In this document: positions 1 to 9,586 of the stretch, piece by piece | Position numbering within the stretch: the stretch's first letter is position 1 | Layout of the letters: each line of letters begins with the position of its first letter | Notes under the pieces: generated by a model | Database searches by the model: none | Told to the model about the DNA's origin: nothing | The model's input: the letters and a program-made list of their open reading frames with translations, nothing else | NCBI GenBank assembly: GCA_043511425.1 | Contig: CP121331.1 | Location: forward strand, 1,371,233-1,435,232 | Origin: Sphingobacteriales bacterium | GTDB lineage: Bacteria; Bacteroidota; Bacteroidia; NS11-12g; UBA9320 | Length of the DNA stretch: 64,000 bases | Direction: 5' to 3' | Made by a program: the position numbers and the translations under genes

Positions 1-185
1 GATGTACAAATTATGCCTGTAGAGGGACTTCCCGTTACTACAAACTGGCACCTTATTTGGCTCAAAGACAAAAAACTGGGCACAGCACAAACTGCATTTC
101 TAAATTATCTCAAAGCAGAAAAAGACACCATTCTTCACGATAGATTTGAGTGGTTTGAGCAGTTTAACACCAACTAAGCTATGGG

Positions 186-1931
186 TTATTCCCCCAACCA
201 AGCCTTCCTGAGCTCATTCTCTGTTTCTGATTTTTTTAGCTCATAGTCCACCTGAGTACTTTTAGCATACGTAAGCGTAGTGGTAAATAGCTTACCATCT
301 CTTGAATAGGTTATTTCTACACCATCATTCACGCCATACTTACTGTCATGATTTTCTAGCTTGTCATCCACTCTCCATCCGTTGATTGCGATTATCTCAT
401 CATTTACACTTAAGCCTGCATCCACTGCAGGGCTATGGCTATAGATATTCGTAATCGTAGTCTTGCCATTGCTATGACTGCTTACCACACCACTCCACGG
501 GGTAGTTTTATCTGCATTTTTATCCGTAATGCTAATGCCATACTGACTAAAGATCGTCTCATAATCCAATGGCTTAGTACTAAAGATCACGTCATCAAAG
601 AATGGCTTCATATTCTTACCTGCCATCTCAGTGCATACCGCTATAAACTCTTCATGGGTAAATCCTCTCCCCTTCTTTTTATAAAAATCAGTGTAAAGGG
701 TAGTCATCACATCGTCCAACGATTTTTTACCATTGGCACGTATTTCTAAATCAAGCATAGCTGCAGCTATCATCCCTTTATTGTAGTAGCTCACCGTGGT
801 ATTCATACTCTCCTCTGTGGGGAGATATGCTTTTACCCAAGCCAGCATACTGCTATGTGCCAAACTCATAATGTCTTTCCCAGGGCTATTTTCCAGCCTA
901 TTGATCTGGCTAGCGAGTATACCAAGGTATTCCTCATCATCATACAGGCCTATGCGGTGGAGTGTCTTGTCATCATAGTAGCTGGTGATTCCCTCTGCTA
1001 TCCAAAGCATATCGGTATACACTTCCTTGTCGTAGTCGAAAGGTCCTAGCTGTATGGGGCGCACACGCTTTACATTCCATAGGTGAAAATACTCATGAGC
1101 TATCAGTCCTAGGAAGTTTCTATACCTGCCTTTACTGGTATATCCCCAGCGGTACATCATACTGGTCTGGCTATTAAGATGCTCTAGACCTCCGCCACCA
1201 TTTCCTACATTATACACAAAATGCGTATATCGGTCGCTTGGATGGTCACCCATCATCGCTATTTGGCTATCGCTTATTTTTTTAAAATCCTCTCGTATCG
1301 TCTCTAGGTCATAATTCCCCTCTCCTATCATCACTACAGTATGGGGCACTTTGCCACTGACGTAACTGGTCTTATCAAAGTTACCTAAAGCGATAGGCGA
1401 GTCTGCAAGCAAATCATAGTTCTCGCAGGTAAATACGTAGCCCGCTGCTTTGGTCTGCGGCAGTGCTACTTCTACATTGTTCCATCCAGCATACGGCACT
1501 ATACTTAGTGTTATTTGCTCTTTTTCGTATCCTTCTAGGTAGCCAAAAGCAGATACTCCATGCAGAAATGCATAGTTTTCATCTGCATAGCTTTGGCGAA
1601 CGCTGACGGTAAAGGAATATACGTCATAGCTAAGTTTCACCTCGGAAGCTCCGCTGGTCGCGATACGCCAGGTGTTTTTGTTGATACGCTTCACCTCTTT
1701 ATCTCCTGCCGTTACATTTTCGAAGGCATTACTAAACTCACGCACCTTATAGGACCCTGGTGTCCATACAGGTACTTTAAAGTCTACAAAATCTTTACCT
1801 GTAGCATCAAAGGTTAGGTCTACAGTGACGTAATGAGACTTTACTTTATCAAAACTTACGGTATAATCTAGGGCCATAGTACTTATAGAAATGCTAATTA
1901 AAAATGCGATGACAATGAGTTTTTTATGCAT
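186..1931 (-). CDS. M61 family glycyl aminopeptidase with C-terminal PDZ domain, signal peptide
   Basis: 581-aa ORF; HEYFHLW zinc-binding HExxH motif; N-terminal signal peptide; C-terminal PDZ-like region; internal antisense ORFs are spurious. Confidence 0.8.
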   Translation of the reverse strand: MHKKLIVIAFLISISISTMALDYTVSFDKVKSHYVTVDLTFDATGKDFVDFKVPVWTPGSYKVREFSNAFENVTAGDKEVKRINKNTWRIATSGASEVKLSYDVYSFTVSVRQSYADENYAFLHGVSAFGYLEGYEKEQITLSIVPYAGWNNVEVALPQTKAAGYVFTCENYDLLADSPIALGNFDKTSYVSGKVPHTVVMIGEGNYDLETIREDFKKISDSQIAMMGDHPSDRYTHFVYNVGNGGGGLEHLNSQTSMMYRWGYTSKGRYRNFLGLIAHEYFHLWNVKRVRPIQLGPFDYDKEVYTDMLWIAEGITSYYDDKTLHRIGLYDDEEYLGILASQINRLENSPGKDIMSLAHSSMLAWVKAYLPTEESMNTTVSYYNKGMIAAAMLDLEIRANGKKSLDDVMTTLYTDFYKKKGRGFTHEEFIAVCTEMAGKNMKPFFDDVIFSTKPLDYETIFSQYGISITDKNADKTTPWSGVVSSHSNGKTTITNIYSHSPAVDAGLSVNDEIIAINGWRVDDKLENHDSKYGVNDGVEITYSRDGKLFTTTLTYAKSTQVDYELKKSETENELRKAWLGE

Positions 1932-2259
1932 AGGGGCAATGTTAGGGAAATTTACGAAAATGAAAACCTTGGAATTATCGCTGCTGGATTATAAACACAT
2001 CATGGTCGTAGAAGTCCATCTACGCCGAGTCACATTAATAAAACCACCGAAATATATACTCGAGTGATCAACAGTAGTAATAAGACCCTCAAAAGCCCTT
2101 TGGAGTTGTCATACTAATTCTTATTTTTGATACTGTTTAACATGAAAGCTGAATTCTTCAAAAAAAATACAACAGTGGAGTATACATGCGAAATAGACGT
2201 AACTGAGTTACCTATATACTAATGTTGGGAGTAATGCAAAAAAACATCGTAACGAAAAT

Positions 2260-3222
2260 ATGACAATAAAAGAATCAATATTAAAAAGCTTGGCGGATTT
2301 GAAAGGACTCGCCACTTATATGGATGTTTATAATAATATTCTTGCGAAGGAATACTATGATTTTAAAAGAGGTAAAACTCCAGAAAGAACAATTTCTGCG
2401 CAACTAGGAGAATTTATTAGAAATGGTGATACGAGGGTAAAGAGAATTAAACACGATAACGGAAATTACTCTTATTATTTGACTCGCAACGAACAAGAAA
2501 TCGATTTAGAAATTCTATCGGGAGCGACAGAAACGCAAGTTTTAGAACCCAAAAAGGTAAAAGGTTACGCTGAACGAGATTTGCATAAAATTTTAAGCAG
2601 TTATCTCAAAAACACCCAGATTTATTCTAAGACAATTTTCCACGAACAGTCAAAAAATGGAAAAGACAATAATCAAATTTGGACACATCCAGATATGGTT
2701 GGTATCAAGTTTTTAAATCTTCAAACAAAAGCAAGTCAAAACTTTTAAAAGTCAATTAATCGAGTTGATACTTTCAAATTGAGTTCCTATGAAATCAAAA
2801 AAGAGATTAATAGCGATTCGGAACTGAAGAAAGCATTTTTTCAAGCAGTATCAAATTCAAGTTGGGCAAACTATGGATATTTGGTTGCATTTGAATTCAG
2901 CGATAGTTTATCCGACGAGATGGAAAGGTTAAATCAATCATTTGGAATTGGAATTATTGAGCTTAATGCAAATCCATATAAAAGTAAAATCCTATTTCCT
3001 GCTACCTATCGAGATTTGGATTTTAAGACGATTGATAAACTTTGTAAGATGAATTCAGAATTTGAAACCTTTATTGAGCAAGTTGACAAACTAATGACTG
3101 CTCAAGAAAGGTATTACAAATCGACTGAAAAGGAACTTGACGAGTTCTGTGATGAATACTTTGACAATGATACGGAAATAGAAAAATATTGTAAGGACAA
3201 GCGGATACCAACAACGGAGTAA
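2260..3222 (+). pseudogene. Mrr-like type IV restriction endonuclease (N-terminal winged-helix + C-terminal PD-(D/E)xK), interrupted by in-frame TAA at 2746-2748
   Basis: ORFs 2260-2748 and 2779-3222 are in the same frame separated only by one TAA; N-terminus resembles Mrr_N wHTH; a PD...ExK arrangement (HPDMVGIKF ... SYEIKKE) straddles the stop. Confidence 0.45.
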
Positions 3223-3395
3223 GCACTACTTACAACAAAGTACTCAGCTAAAATAGTAAGTAATTCTACCACAAGTCGTTTGTATAATGAGAAGCTAGTG
3301 CGAAAAAAAACGGTCACTATTATGATTTAAACCATAGACAGCAATTCTCACAATCAGGAACAGACATAATTCAATGAACTTTTGACCAGATAAAT

Positions 3396-4460
3396 ATGAA
3401 AAAAACATTAACGCTTGTAATCACACTCATTGGCTTAACAGCCTTTGCGCAAAATGAGACAAAGAATGTTTTATTCCTCGGCAACAGCTATACCAGTGCA
3501 AATAATTTACCTCAGATGGTTGAAGATATAGCACTTTCTATGGGTGACACCTTGATATGGGATATAGCAGCACCGGGCGGTTATTACTTAGACGACCATT
3601 TACTATCCTCTACATCGCTAAATAAGATTAAATCTGGAAAATGGGACTATGTTACGCTACAGGAGCAAAGTCAAGCTCCCACGCTTCCTGATTCTTGGAT
3701 GCCCCGTGTATTTGAAAATGCACGAAAACTGGATAGTATCATTAATACATACAATGTCTGTGTAGAAACTGTATTTTACATGACTTGGGGCAGAAAAAAT
3801 GGGGATCCTGCATATTGTGCCGTGTTTTCTACATGGCCCTATGTATGCACTTATTCCGGAATGGACAGCTTATTAAATTTACGATACAGAATGATGGCAG
3901 AGAATAATAATGCGATTGTTTCACCAGCTGGTGCAGTATGGAACTATATCAGAAAAAATCATCCACTAATAGAGTTGTATTAAGCAGATGAAAGTCACCC
4001 AACCGTAGCAGGAACTTATGCAGCTGCGTGCTGTTTTTATACTGCATTCTTCAGAAAAGACCCGGCACTTATTTCTTTTAATCCTGGATTATCAGCAACG
4101 GATGCTGCTACTATCAGAAATGCCTCCAAGATCATAGTATATGACAGTTTACTCAATTGGCATATTGGTGAGTACGACTCTATACAAGATGTCAATTGTA
4201 CCACAGCCAGCGTTATGGAGAAAAGCCAAAACTCTTTCTGGGAAATTTTTCCTAATCCAGCATCAGAAACATTAACCATCCGTTTTGCGGATAATGATAG
4301 CAAAGAACCAATTCAAATTTATACTACCCTCGGAGTTTTAGTACAGGAAATAGAGGAATTCCGGACTACACGAATCAACATTGTAGATTTACCCAAAGGA
4401 CTTTATTATATCCAATTAAAAAACAATTATCAGCGGACACTTAAGTTCATCAAAGAATAG
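3396..4460 (+). pseudogene. Secreted DUF4886/SGNH-like hydrolase with T9SS C-terminal sorting domain, interrupted by in-frame TAA at 3981-3983
   Basis: ORF 3396-3983 (signal peptide, LFLGNSYT SGNH-like block) continues in the same frame after one TAA with no further stop to 4460; DESHP block right after the stop; C-terminus (FPNPASETLTIRF...LPKGLYYIQL) is a typical Por/T9SS CTD. Confidence 0.55.
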
Positions 4461-4559
4461 ATAACCAACGACAAAATGGAAGTCTCTTAGGCAGTATAAA
4501 AAATAATAGCCCTTTCGATGATTAATAGAAACGGACACTGGTCAGATAAAGGTGAATAG

Positions 4560-4824
4560 AATAAAGAGATTGCACCCGATTGTTATGGTTTTTATGCAAA
4601 AAAAGACGGTCTAGTATTAGCAGTAATTGAGGACAATGGAGATGGTCTAAAAGGAAAACCTAAGAGCGAAATCGATAAAATGTACTACTTCAACCATGGC
4701 AAGCTATTGGAAGAAATAAATAAGGAAGAAGGCTCTGAATATGCTATAAAAGAAAGTGATGCAGAAGGGTTACTTGCTGAATTCAATGAATATTTAGATA
4801 GTTATAGAAAAAACAACGGATAGC
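4560..4824 (+). pseudogene. Orphan 3' gene fragment (88 codons open, no start codon), possible remnant of a MORN/YwqK-like or other protein
   Basis: Open frame begins immediately after a TAG with no ATG/GTG/TTG; sits in a 700-bp ORF-free spacer. Confidence 0.25.
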
Positions 4825-5153
4825 CATTTACTCGATAAAAAGAGCAGGCTAACTTTTTGGGACCCTTTAGTGCTCCAAAACTGGCGACATACTATACTAG
4901 CAGTTTATAATTAACTTATCTGGGTAGCCTAATTATTTTTATTCAAGCCTATTTGTCCGCGGATATTGGTCATTTTTTAATCTTTACACAAAGACCTTTC
5001 GTTCCGATGGAGAGCGAAACCTAGGTTATGGATACAGCTCTTAGGGAAGTATAAAGAGTAGCCACCGTATAGGGCAACTCTTCGAAAGGTCAACAATCAT
5101 GCAACTATCCTGCTATTCCTTTGGATTTTAAGACTTCTAATTAAATTTGAACT

Positions 5154-6236
5154 ATGCCAAACACCTTATCGGATTCGCTCCAGTTTAACTGTGGAGCTCG
5201 CATGAAAAATAGATTTATGCTCGCTCCACTCACCAACCGACAAAGTCATGAAGACGGGATACTCTCAGAGGAAGAACTTCATTGGCTGACCCTGCGCGCC
5301 AAAGGTCAGTTTGGCCTGGTGATGACCTGTGCTAGTCACGTACAAGAAATAGGTAAAGGCTTTCCTGGTCAGCTGGGAATCTGGTCAGACAAGCATATCG
5401 ATGGCCATAAAAAATTAACTAAAAACATCCAAGATGAAGGCAGCTTAGCGGTAATCCAACTGCACCATGCAGGCATGCGCTCCCCTAAAGAAATTATAAA
5501 CGAGTCGCCCGTTTGCCCATCAAATAATGCAGAGTTTGGCGCCCGTGAGTTATCCTTTACCGAAGTGGAACAGCTGCGCGATGACTTTATTTTAGCTGCC
5601 GTTAGAGCACAGCAAAGCGGGTATGATGGCGTAGAACTCCATGGAGCACACGGCTATATTCTCGCTCAGTTTCTCAGTGGAGAAATAAATCATCGGACGG
5701 ACCACTACGGCGGTTCATTAGCAAATAGATGTCGGCTATTGAATGAAGTACTCCTTGCGATAAGAGAACAATGTGGCAGTGATTTGCTGGTAGGAGTCCG
5801 GCTTTCTCCTGAAAAATTTGGAATGGACCTGACCGAAGTGAAAACCATTTGTAAAAACTTAATCTCAGACGGACACATTGACTTCTTGGACATTTCTTTG
5901 TGGGATTGTTTTAAAATGCCTGAAGGTGACACTAATCAAAGCAAAACCCTGCTCGAGCATTTTACAGCAATTGATAGAAAAACGGTAAAACTCACTGTGG
6001 CGGGTAAAATACGCAGCGGTATGGATGCCAACACTATTCTTCAAGCCAACGTAGATTTTATAACCATAGGAAGATCTGGCATCCTTCACCACAATTTCCC
6101 TCAGCTGGTCATGGATAATCCGGAATTCACTCCTACCGAAACACCTGTCAGCGCAGCTTACTTACTAAATGAAGGACTTAGCCCAGTTTTCATTGATTAT
6201 ATGGGAAGATGGCCCGATTTCGTAGAAAAGGCTTAG
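5154..6236 (+). CDS. NADH:flavin oxidoreductase, Old Yellow Enzyme family
   Basis: GYDGVELHGAHGYILAQFLS OYE signature; TIM-barrel length; true start may be M17 (5202) given TAAATTTG promoter-like motif at 5142-5149. Confidence 0.85.
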   Translation: MPNTLSDSLQFNCGARMKNRFMLAPLTNRQSHEDGILSEEELHWLTLRAKGQFGLVMTCASHVQEIGKGFPGQLGIWSDKHIDGHKKLTKNIQDEGSLAVIQLHHAGMRSPKEIINESPVCPSNNAEFGARELSFTEVEQLRDDFILAAVRAQQSGYDGVELHGAHGYILAQFLSGEINHRTDHYGGSLANRCRLLNEVLLAIREQCGSDLLVGVRLSPEKFGMDLTEVKTICKNLISDGHIDFLDISLWDCFKMPEGDTNQSKTLLEHFTAIDRKTVKLTVAGKIRSGMDANTILQANVDFITIGRSGILHHNFPQLVMDNPEFTPTETPVSAAYLLNEGLSPVFIDYMGRWPDFVEKA

Positions 6237-6358
6237 CAGAATTCTGAAGGAAGAATCTCCAAAACACCCAAATTATCCGTAATTTTCGCCAAATGTTACC
6301 TTCACCTAAATTCAAAAGCATAGCCGACACTTATTCACGAATGCGATTTTAAACACGA

Positions 6359-7138
6359 ATGACTACACTGAATATTAGAACCGTAGATGTAGCACAGTAC
6401 ATCCATCCGCTGCGAGAAGGCGGCTCGCTTCCAGCCATAGTAAAGGGTGATGATGACTTCCTCTACGTTCTTAAATTTAGAGGTGCTGGACAAGGGACCA
6501 AAGCACTCGTTGCCGAATTCATTGGGGGAGAACTTGCAAGGGCTATTAACCTCAAAGTACCCGAATTGGTGTTCATGACGCTGAATGACTCCTTCAGCAA
6601 AACAGAACCAGACGAAGAAATTCAAGACCTACTTAAATTTAGTGTAGGTCTAAACCTAGGCTTACATTTCCTTTCTGGCGCTATTACATTTGATCCCTTA
6701 GTATCAGGGGTAGATCCTTTGATCGCTTCCAAAATAGTATTATTAGACAGCCTTATTAGCAATATAGACCGTACGGCAAAAAACACAAACCTGCTGCAGT
6801 GGAATAAAGAGCTCTGGGTGATAGACAATGGAGCAAGTCTCTATTTTCACCACGATTGGGACAATTGGAAAAACCATCTCACGAGAACATTCCCGTATAT
6901 CAAAAACCATGTTCTCCTCCCTCAAGCCACTCAGTTAGATGAAGCCGCTAATGAAATAAAACAACTGATAAGTGACCATAAAATATCAGAAATCATCGCT
7001 ACAGTGCCGGAGGAATGGCTCGTCAGCGAATCTAACTCCCTAAGCCCCGGTGAGATGAAGTCCGCCTACGCTGAATTTATACATGCGAAACTCGCTATGA
7101 TCGACCAATTAGTAAAAGAAGCTGTCGATGCCAAATAA
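6359..7138 (+). CDS. HipA-like kinase domain protein (stand-alone HipA_C-like)
   Basis: 259 aa; NIDRTAKNTNLL resembles HipA catalytic loop (NxDxHxKN); overlaps next gene by 11 nt. Confidence 0.5.
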   Translation: MTTLNIRTVDVAQYIHPLREGGSLPAIVKGDDDFLYVLKFRGAGQGTKALVAEFIGGELARAINLKVPELVFMTLNDSFSKTEPDEEIQDLLKFSVGLNLGLHFLSGAITFDPLVSGVDPLIASKIVLLDSLISNIDRTAKNTNLLQWNKELWVIDNGASLYFHHDWDNWKNHLTRTFPYIKNHVLLPQATQLDEAANEIKQLISDHKISEIIATVPEEWLVSESNSLSPGEMKSAYAEFIHAKLAMIDQLVKEAVDAK

Positions 7139-7511
7139 ATGTACATTCGAGTATGCGATTATTAGAGTGGTTCCAAAAGTGGAACGTGAAGAATTCTTTA
7201 ATGTCGGAGTAATTCTTTTTTCGAAACAAAAAAGATTCATTGATATGAAATACCACATTGACCCGAATAAATTCAATGCATTTTCACCCGAAATAGATCT
7301 GGACCACTTGAACGAATATCTCAACGCATGGAAACTTGTTTGCCAAGGAGAACCCACTGGTGGCCCTATTGGGAAAATGGACCTGCCGGATAGGTTTCGA
7401 TGGCTCACATCTAGCCGAAGCACGATTATTCAAAGTTCTAAAACACATCCAGGTCTTTGCCATGATCCACAACAAGAACTGGATGACATATTTGAAAAAT
7501 ACGTGTTGTAA
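7128..7511 (+). CDS. DUF3037 domain protein
   Basis: YAIIRVVPKVEREEFFNVGVILF matches DUF3037 N-terminal consensus; translationally coupled to upstream HipA-like gene. Confidence 0.65.
   Translation: MPNKCTFEYAIIRVVPKVEREEFFNVGVILFSKQKRFIDMKYHIDPNKFNAFSPEIDLDHLNEYLNAWKLVCQGEPTGGPIGKMDLPDRFRWLTSSRSTIIQSSKTHPGLCHDPQQELDDIFEKYVL
7404..7511 (+). repeat. Direct repeat copy A (3' end of DUF3037 gene), partner at 9414-9521
   Basis: 108 bp about 85% identical to 9414-9521; both copies read in the same codon register and end with TAA. Confidence 0.85.
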
Positions 7512-7780
7512 GGTTAATCCTCCCGTTAGCTTAGCTTCGTTCGCTCAGTCCAAACATTCCCATTTTACATCAAAATATACAAGGCCACTAAAGTCATCGA
7601 CGCTGTTCTTTTTATAGTCATGCGAGGAATTACGGAGATGCGAAGCGAGCGTTAGCTTAAGACACTTGGAGCTGCGGACTTCATGCGACTGAGGACTAGC
7701 TTGACATAAAAAACACAGCCGGTGTTGGTTAAGGAAGCAAAATATATTTATAAATATATCCAAAGCATTAACTTCGTTGT

Positions 7781-8560
7781 GTGAAAGCAATACTTCTAAC
7801 TTTTCTATGCATAAGCGCATTTACCTTTAAATCTATGGCTCAAGACTCTAGTAGTGTTGATAGTGTTGACTTATCGGATACCGCCACTTTACTAGACTAC
7901 GAATTATTCAAAGCGGAGAGACCACTTGGATATTATATGGGAAGAAATGAACGTAACGGTACCACCCTGTTTTCAGGTAGAAAACTTCACATAATGTTAC
8001 TGCTGTATAAAAGAGGTGTTTGGTTCTACGCCAAACGAGCAGGTGTGGACCCCGTACGACTGATGAATCTAAAATCTATGGAAAAGTACCGAGGCAAAAG
8101 ACCTAAGTTAAAAGAGTTCGTATACATAGGCTCAGAATTATTTGCAGTAGCAGAGTTTAGGAGAAAAGGTTCTAGGTATCTCTTGCTTCAAGGCCTTAAT
8201 ATCAATACGGGTAGACTTGTGGGCAAACCAAAGGTTCTGGTAAGACAAAAAGTAAGAGGACTCAAATACCACAACAAGTTTGATTATGATTTTTATCCTA
8301 CACCATCTGGCAGCAAAATAGGCCTAGTTTATGAGCGAACAAGTAAGAAAACCCGTCGAAAGGGGGATAAAAAATACATCTTGATAGATGAGGATATGAA
8401 TAAAGTAGGCACGCGAACGCTAAAACAGTACACAAGGTCAGCGTTTAATCGTAAAGAAAAAGTAAGTAATAAAAAGATAATAAAATACAATATTCTAAAT
8501 GATGGGACACTGTACTCAGATGTTTCAAAAGAGATAAAAAAGGGGATAAGCTTTCCTTGA
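7781..8560 (+). CDS. Hypothetical secreted, highly basic (K/R-rich) protein; possibly N-terminal half of a single about 518-aa gene
   Basis: Signal peptide MKAILLTFLCISAFTFKSMAQ; stop overlaps TTG of next ORF; A5/G4 homopolymers at 8536-8545 in the overlap. Confidence 0.5.
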   Translation: MKAILLTFLCISAFTFKSMAQDSSSVDSVDLSDTATLLDYELFKAERPLGYYMGRNERNGTTLFSGRKLHIMLLLYKRGVWFYAKRAGVDPVRLMNLKSMEKYRGKRPKLKEFVYIGSELFAVAEFRRKGSRYLLLQGLNINTGRLVGKPKVLVRQKVRGLKYHNKFDYDFYPTPSGSKIGLVYERTSKKTRRKGDKKYILIDEDMNKVGTRTLKQYTRSAFNRKEKVSNKKIIKYNILNDGTLYSDVSKEIKKGISFP

Positions 8561-9336
8561 ACGATCCATCACTTCTTGTATATCCGATAGACACCAGTTA
8601 CGTGGTAAATGTAAGACTAAAAATGGAACAAAATGACACCGCCGAGAGCCAGTTAGGTAATATTCATTGGTGGCATTCAGACACCACCTATAGTGCTTTA
8701 GAGATTAAATACAGTGTTTCAAATACGAAAGAGAAAACATTAACCCAAGAACTAGTACTCACCAATAGTCTCAGTCTAAACGATAAAGAAACTAGTTGGG
8801 CTACACTGGACTACCCTATAGATGGCAACTTAGAAGCAATTGATATAAATACGTACGAAGTAGACGGTTATCGTGTCGCTATTATTAATCACTACGCTCA
8901 CGAAGTTATAAAAACCGTAGACAAGAACGGATATATGAAAACTTCTACAAGATATAGACTAACCAAAACAAACGTGCTAGGATTAGAAGACAATGGACAT
9001 GTAGCTTGGTCACATCCTATCGATTTAGGCTACAACTACTACACCTATAACATTCACTCTAATCCGTATGTATTGTTTCACCAAAATCATCAATTCTACT
9101 TTGTAAGGCACGTTAGAGAATACTTAAGTGTGATACCGATACGCACATTTTACAAGATACACAGACTAAATACTACGAATGGAGCGGTGAGATATGAAAA
9201 GAAACAAATGCCTAACAGAACGCCCAAAATGACAAATGAAGGGAATGGACTGAACTACGGCACCGTAAGTGCTCACCGGACGAGAATCTTACAGCTATTT
9301 CATAGTAAAAAAGTATATGAATTTTCTGTACGATAA
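8557..9336 (+). CDS. Hypothetical Tyr/Asn/His-rich protein; TTG start only, frame open from 8503, possibly C-terminal half of previous gene
   Basis: 259 aa, no ATG start; 4-nt overlap (TTGA) with upstream ORF. Confidence 0.45.
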   Translation: MNDPSLLVYPIDTSYVVNVRLKMEQNDTAESQLGNIHWWHSDTTYSALEIKYSVSNTKEKTLTQELVLTNSLSLNDKETSWATLDYPIDGNLEAIDINTYEVDGYRVAIINHYAHEVIKTVDKNGYMKTSTRYRLTKTNVLGLEDNGHVAWSHPIDLGYNYYTYNIHSNPYVLFHQNHQFYFVRHVREYLSVIPIRTFYKIHRLNTTNGAVRYEKKQMPNRTPKMTNEGNGLNYGTVSAHRTRILQLFHSKKVYEFSVR

Positions 9337-9413
9337 TTCTTTAAAACAAAAGCAACAGATGACAATCGAAGTTTGAACTGTTATGAATACACCTCCATAA
9401 ACATTGGATAAAA

Positions 9414-9521
9414 CTCACTTCTAGCCTATGCGCGATCATTCAAAGCCCTAAAACACATCCGGGTCTTTGCCATTATTCACAACAAGAACTGGATGACATA
9501 TTTGAAAAGCATGTGCGCTAA
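9414..9521 (+). repeat. Direct repeat copy B: orphan diverged copy of DUF3037 3' end (36-codon fragment preceded by stop)
   Basis: Encodes LTSSLCAIIQSPKTHPGLCHYSQQELDDIFEKHVR* versus gene copy LTSSRSTIIQSSKTHPGLCHDPQQELDDIFEKYVL*; several of the 16 mismatches are synonymous third-position changes. Confidence 0.85.
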
Positions 9522-9586
9522 TCTCCGTGAAAAGCAACAGACTATTCACCCTATATTGCCGCCCGATATAACATCACCAATCTACC

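Noticed and set aside
435-1817. Several 60-104-aa ORFs (435-749, 796-978, 855-1049, 1560-1817) on the + strand
   Set aside because: Lie fully inside and antisense to the M61 peptidase gene. Low-complexity translations. Spurious.
5142-5149. TAAATTTG promoter motif as promoter for ATG 5154
   Set aside because: Only 5 nt upstream of that ATG. It is only meaningful if the OYE gene really starts at the internal Met at 5202, so kept as a note rather than a feature.
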